Shown here one piece after another: positions 28,981-32,000 of a stretch of DNA of 32,000 bases (positions within the stretch are counted from its first letter, which is position 1; each line of letters opens with the position of its first letter). The stretch lies in the NCBI RefSeq assembly GCF_003231495.1, contig NZ_PQWO01000025.1, positions 1-32,000 of the forward strand, written 5' to 3'. A model generated the notes under the pieces. That model had not been told where the DNA came from and did no database searches. It saw nothing but the letters and a program-made list of their open reading frames with translations. The position numbers and the translations under genes are program-made. The DNA comes from Acaryochloris thomasi RCC1774 (GTDB taxonomy: Bacteria; Cyanobacteriota; Cyanobacteriia; Thermosynechococcales; Thermosynechococcaceae).

Positions 28981-29291
28981 CCGAAATCTCACCTACATTA
29001 ATCACTGCACTCTTGTTAGGGGGAGGCTTAGGGATACTCTACTTCGGCGGTTTGTGGTTCACCATTCAACAGCTAACCCACACAAAGAAACCTGTGGTAC
29101 TAATGTGGACCAGCTTCTTACTGCGTCTGGGAGCTGTGCTCGGCTTCTTTCATCTCATTCTTCAGCACGGCGCGACCGATCAATTGCTTGCGTTATTGCT
29201 GCTTTGCTTTCTAGGATTCCTCCTGGCTCGGAATCTTTTGATTAGCAGCGTTATACCCAAGAGGAGGCTAAAAAATGAATCTCACCCCTGA
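28977..29291 (+). CDS. atpR: N-ATPase accessory membrane protein AtpR
   Basis: About 100 aa with three hydrophobic helices, GGGLGILYFGGLWFTIQQL, and an arginine inside a membrane helix (SFLLRLGAVL), as described for AtpR. Confidence 0.7.
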   Translation: MTEISPTLITALLLGGGLGILYFGGLWFTIQQLTHTKKPVVLMWTSFLLRLGAVLGFFHLILQHGATDQLLALLLLCFLGFLLARNLLISSVIPKRRLKNESHP

Positions 29292-29979
29292 TCAAATTAT
29301 CATCTGGCAATGGGGAGCATTCTCTCTCAATGCCACGCTGCTTTTCACTTGGCTGGTCATGGGACTGCTGGTGATGGGTTCTTGGCTCATCACTCGTCAG
29401 CTCTCAAACTCGACGCAGATATCACGAGGGCAGAACCTTCTAGAGGTTATCGTTCTGGGGATTAGCAACCAGATCCAGGAAATTAGCGAGCAACCGCCTG
29501 GACCTTATCTACCCTTTGTAGGGACGCTCTTTATTTTTATTGCGTTTTCAAATCTGTTCAGCGTGGTTCCGGGCTATCAGCCTCCGACAGGGTCTCTCTC
29601 GACCACAACGGCATTGGCGCTCTGTGTTTTCTGTGCCGTCCCCCTCTATGGGATCAAGAAAAAAGGAGTTTGGGGCTATCTGCAGCAATATCTACAGCCG
29701 AGTCCGGTAATGCTGCCCTTTAATATCATTGGAGACTTCTCGCGAATTGTAGCCCTTGCGGTTCGCCTGTTCGGCAATGTCATGAGTGGCACCATGATTG
29801 TCGCTATTCTGCTGTCCGTGGCTCCGTTGCTATTCCCCGTGGTCATGCAAATGCTGGGGTTATTAACCGGATTGATTCAAGCCTATATTTTCGCCATTCT
29901 GGCAATGGTGTTTATCGCGGCAGCGAGCCAGGTAGACAAGAAACAACATCCGACTATCAGTGAGGAAACCCATGGATAA
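29275..29979 (+). CDS. atpB: ATP synthase F0 subunit a (N-ATPase)
   Basis: The conserved stator arginine region LAVRLFGNVMSGTMI, and 5-6 TM segments. Confidence 0.85.
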   Translation: MNLTPDQIIIWQWGAFSLNATLLFTWLVMGLLVMGSWLITRQLSNSTQISRGQNLLEVIVLGISNQIQEISEQPPGPYLPFVGTLFIFIAFSNLFSVVPGYQPPTGSLSTTTALALCVFCAVPLYGIKKKGVWGYLQQYLQPSPVMLPFNIIGDFSRIVALAVRLFGNVMSGTMIVAILLSVAPLLFPVVMQMLGLLTGLIQAYIFAILAMVFIAAASQVDKKQHPTISEETHG

Positions 29980-30262
29980 TATTGCCTTAATCGGGATGGC
30001 TTCGATTGTGATGTCAGGATTCACTATAGCCATTGGTTCCATTGGTCCTGCCTTGGGAGAGGGGCGAGCGTTATCCCAAGCGCTCAGCGCCATTGCTCAA
30101 CAGCCCGATGAAGCTAATACCATCACGCGGGTGCTGTTTGTCGGCATGGCGCTGGTGGAATCAACAGCCATTTACTGCTTTGTAATTACGCTAATTTTGA
30201 TTTTTGCCAATCCCTTTTGGGCCTACGTCGTAGAGCAGGCCATTACGGCGGGGGGAGGGTAG
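29972..30262 (+). CDS. atpE: ATP synthase F0 subunit c (N-ATPase) with a Na+-type ligand set
   Basis: Helical hairpin GSIGPALGEGRA...QQPD...MALVESTAIYCFVITLILIFANPF. ATG 29972, preceded by GAGGAA, overlaps the atpB stop. Confidence 0.85.
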   Translation: MDNIALIGMASIVMSGFTIAIGSIGPALGEGRALSQALSAIAQQPDEANTITRVLFVGMALVESTAIYCFVITLILIFANPFWAYVVEQAITAGGG

Positions 30263-30265
30263 GAA

Positions 30266-31054
30266 ATGCTAATCGATCCCTTAACCACCTTTGCCCAAAT
30301 CATCAATTTTCTGATTTTGGTGGCATTGCTGAAGCGGTTCCTCTATGTTCCGATTACCCGCGTGATGAAACAGCGAGAGCACCGCATTGCAATGCAGCTA
30401 CAGGAGGCTGCAGCCAAAGAGGAAATGGCTCAACAAGAAGCGGAACGATATCGCCAAATGCAGCGTGATCTAGAGGCTCAGCAGGCTCAATTCCTAGCGC
30501 AGGCCCAACTGGATGCGGATGAGCATCGACAAATGTTGCTGCAGAACGCACGGGAAGATGTGGATAGCATCCATGCTACATGGACTGCGGCGGTCGAGTG
30601 CGAGAAGCAGGTGTTTTTGGGGGCACTCAGGCAGCGGGCGGGGCAGCAGGTGGCGACAACGGTGCGCGGCGTGCTTCGAGACTTGGCGAACACGAATTTA
30701 GAGCTGCAGATAGTCGAAGCTTTTATCGTTCATTTGAGTCACCTCACCGTGCAGGAACAAGAGACGCTAGAGGCGGCCTTATCAACCTCAAATGCTCAAG
30801 AACTGGTTATTCAGAGTACATTCCCGATTTCGGCTGTAGACCAAGCCAGGGTACTGGAAGCATTGTATGTGCAGACCACGACTCTGGTAGGTCTTGGCAT
30901 GGGCCAGTTTGTAATCGTTCCCGATCTGATGTGTGGGATTGAACTGAAGATTCCGGGATACAAGCTGGCTTGGAACCTAGCGCACTACCTTGAGCGCCTA
31001 GAAGAGAATTTAGCACGGGTTTTGGATAGTACCGCATTAGCGGAGGACGGATAA
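30266..31054 (+). CDS. atpF: ATP synthase F0 subunit b, extended form (no separate delta gene follows)
   Basis: N-terminal TM segment (INFLILVALLKRFLYVPI), then a long charged helix. At 262 aa it is longer than a canonical b subunit. The alpha gene starts 4 nt later. Confidence 0.7.
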   Translation: MLIDPLTTFAQIINFLILVALLKRFLYVPITRVMKQREHRIAMQLQEAAAKEEMAQQEAERYRQMQRDLEAQQAQFLAQAQLDADEHRQMLLQNAREDVDSIHATWTAAVECEKQVFLGALRQRAGQQVATTVRGVLRDLANTNLELQIVEAFIVHLSHLTVQEQETLEAALSTSNAQELVIQSTFPISAVDQARVLEALYVQTTTLVGLGMGQFVIVPDLMCGIELKIPGYKLAWNLAHYLERLEENLARVLDSTALAEDG

Positions 31055-31057
31055 ATA

Positions 31058-32000
31058 ATGGCGACGCCCGAGCTTGATATTTTGAAGCCGGTTTTGGAGG
31101 ACGTTTTTGCAGCCTTTGAGCAGGTTGAAGGTCAGTATCCCTTTGAATTGCGAAGTCAGGAAGTAGGGACGGTAACCAGTTTGGGCCACGGTATTGCGCG
31201 GGCGACGGGGCTGACCCATGTTCAATCCGAGGAGCTGGTGAAATTTCCTGGAGATCGCATGGGCATTGCCTTCAACCTCGATCCAGAGGAAGTGGGCCTA
31301 ATTTTGCTCGATGATAGCCGTTCTTTGAAGGCGGGATGCGAAGTTCAGCGCACTGGGCGGGTCTTAGACGTACCAGTGGGAGAAGCGTTTTTAGGTCGCG
31401 TAGTGGATGCGACCGGACGCCCCCTCGATCACCGAGGGATAGTGAGGACGTTTGAGCGTCGCGCCGTTGAACGGGAAGCTCCAGCAATTATGGATCGTGC
31501 TCCGGTGACGGTACCGCTGCAGACGGGGATTAAGGTGATTGATGCGCTGATTCCCATTGGTCGGGGACAGCGGGAACTGATTTTAGGCGATCGCCAAACG
31601 GGTAAAACAGCCATTGCCATCGATACGATCCTCAACCAGAAGGGCAAGGACATCATCTGTATCTATTGCGCCATCGGCCAGCGCAGTTCTGCCGTAGCTA
31701 AGTTAATTGCGGAATTACGAGATCGCAATGCAATGGACTACTGCATCGTAGTAGTGGCTGGAGGCGAAGCGACACCCGGCCTGCAATACATTACCCCCTA
31801 CGCCGCCACCACAATGGCAGAGTACTTCATGGAACAGGGGCGAGACGTGTTGATCATCTACGACGATCTGATTCAACATGCCCGTGCCTATCGTGAACTG
31901 TCGCTGCTGCTGCGCCGCCCGCCTGGTCGTGAAGCCTTCCCTGGCGATATTTTCTATATTCATGCTCGGTTATTAGAGCGGGCCACTCATCTGCACCCTG
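31058..32000 (+). CDS. atpA: ATP synthase alpha subunit (N-ATPase), 5' part; continues beyond the window
   Basis: My own translation from ATG 31058 gives MATPELDIL...[12 protein letters not shown]...[18 protein letters not shown]...IYCAIGQR...[42 protein letters not shown]. It is absent from the ORF track because there is no stop in the window. Confidence 0.9.
   Translation, partial: MATPELDILKPVLEDVFAAFEQVEGQYPFELRSQEVGTVTSLGHGIARATGLTHVQSEELVKFPGDRMGIAFNLDPEEVGLILLDDSRSLKAGCEVQRTGRVLDVPVGEAFLGRVVDATGRPLDHRGIVRTFERRAVEREAPAIMDRAPVTVPLQTGIKVIDALIPIGRGQRELILGDRQTGKTAIAIDTILNQKGKDIICIYCAIGQRSSAVAKLIAELRDRNAMDYCIVVVAGGEATPGLQYITPYAATTMAEYFMEQGRDVLIIYDDLIQHARAYRELSLLLRRPPGREAFPGDIFYIHARLLERATHLHP

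Noticed and set aside
30217-30942. Alternative-frame ORFs (83, 62 and 120 aa plus minus-strand ORFs) within atpF
   Set aside because: These are Gly/Arg-rich translations typical of off-frame reading of a GC-rich, Ala/Gln/Glu-rich coiled-coil gene. The atpF frame has the expected TM segment plus charged helix.

Overview
Cyanobacterial chromosomal segment: the HIP1 octamer GCGATCGC occurs more than 15 times and psbU is present. It holds about 33 protein genes. No rRNA, tRNA, CRISPR array or transposase was seen. All family calls come from reading motifs in the supplied translations; no database search was possible.

Gene content, left to right:
- psbU
- a dihydroorotate-dehydrogenase-like gene followed by pfkA
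- hypD
- a visibly AT-rich, HIP1-free islet with a frameshift-split HEPN-like (RNDIEH) plus four-CxxC zinc-ribbon gene, followed by a VapB/VapC(PIN)-like pair
- a small basic ORF, a 4-TM protein and a CrtI-family FAD oxidoreductase
- a convergent CFA-synthase-family methyltransferase
- phosphoketolase (xfp) and acetate kinase (ackA), with hsp20 upstream and a truncated hsp20 remnant downstream
- two hybrid two-component kinases, one with a frameshift in its ATPase domain
- a tripartite ABC exporter (ATPase, FtsX-type permease, HlyD adaptor)
- two orphan ORFs and hypE
- an N-type (atpD-first, delta-less) ATPase operon that runs off the right edge

Most notable observations:
1. A conserved 19-nt tandem half-site motif sits exactly 7 nt upstream of a TAnnnT hexamer in front of seven transcription units.
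2. A CPA-type cation:proton antiporter gene lies between atpQ and atpR of the N-ATPase operon, with ATGA start/stop overlaps on both sides. The c subunit carries a full Na+ ligand set with a second carboxylate.
3. The split HEPN/zinc-ribbon gene sits beside a 98-nt element made of two overlapping perfect inverted repeats.
4. xfp-ackA is bracketed by direct copies of a promoter+hsp20 module.
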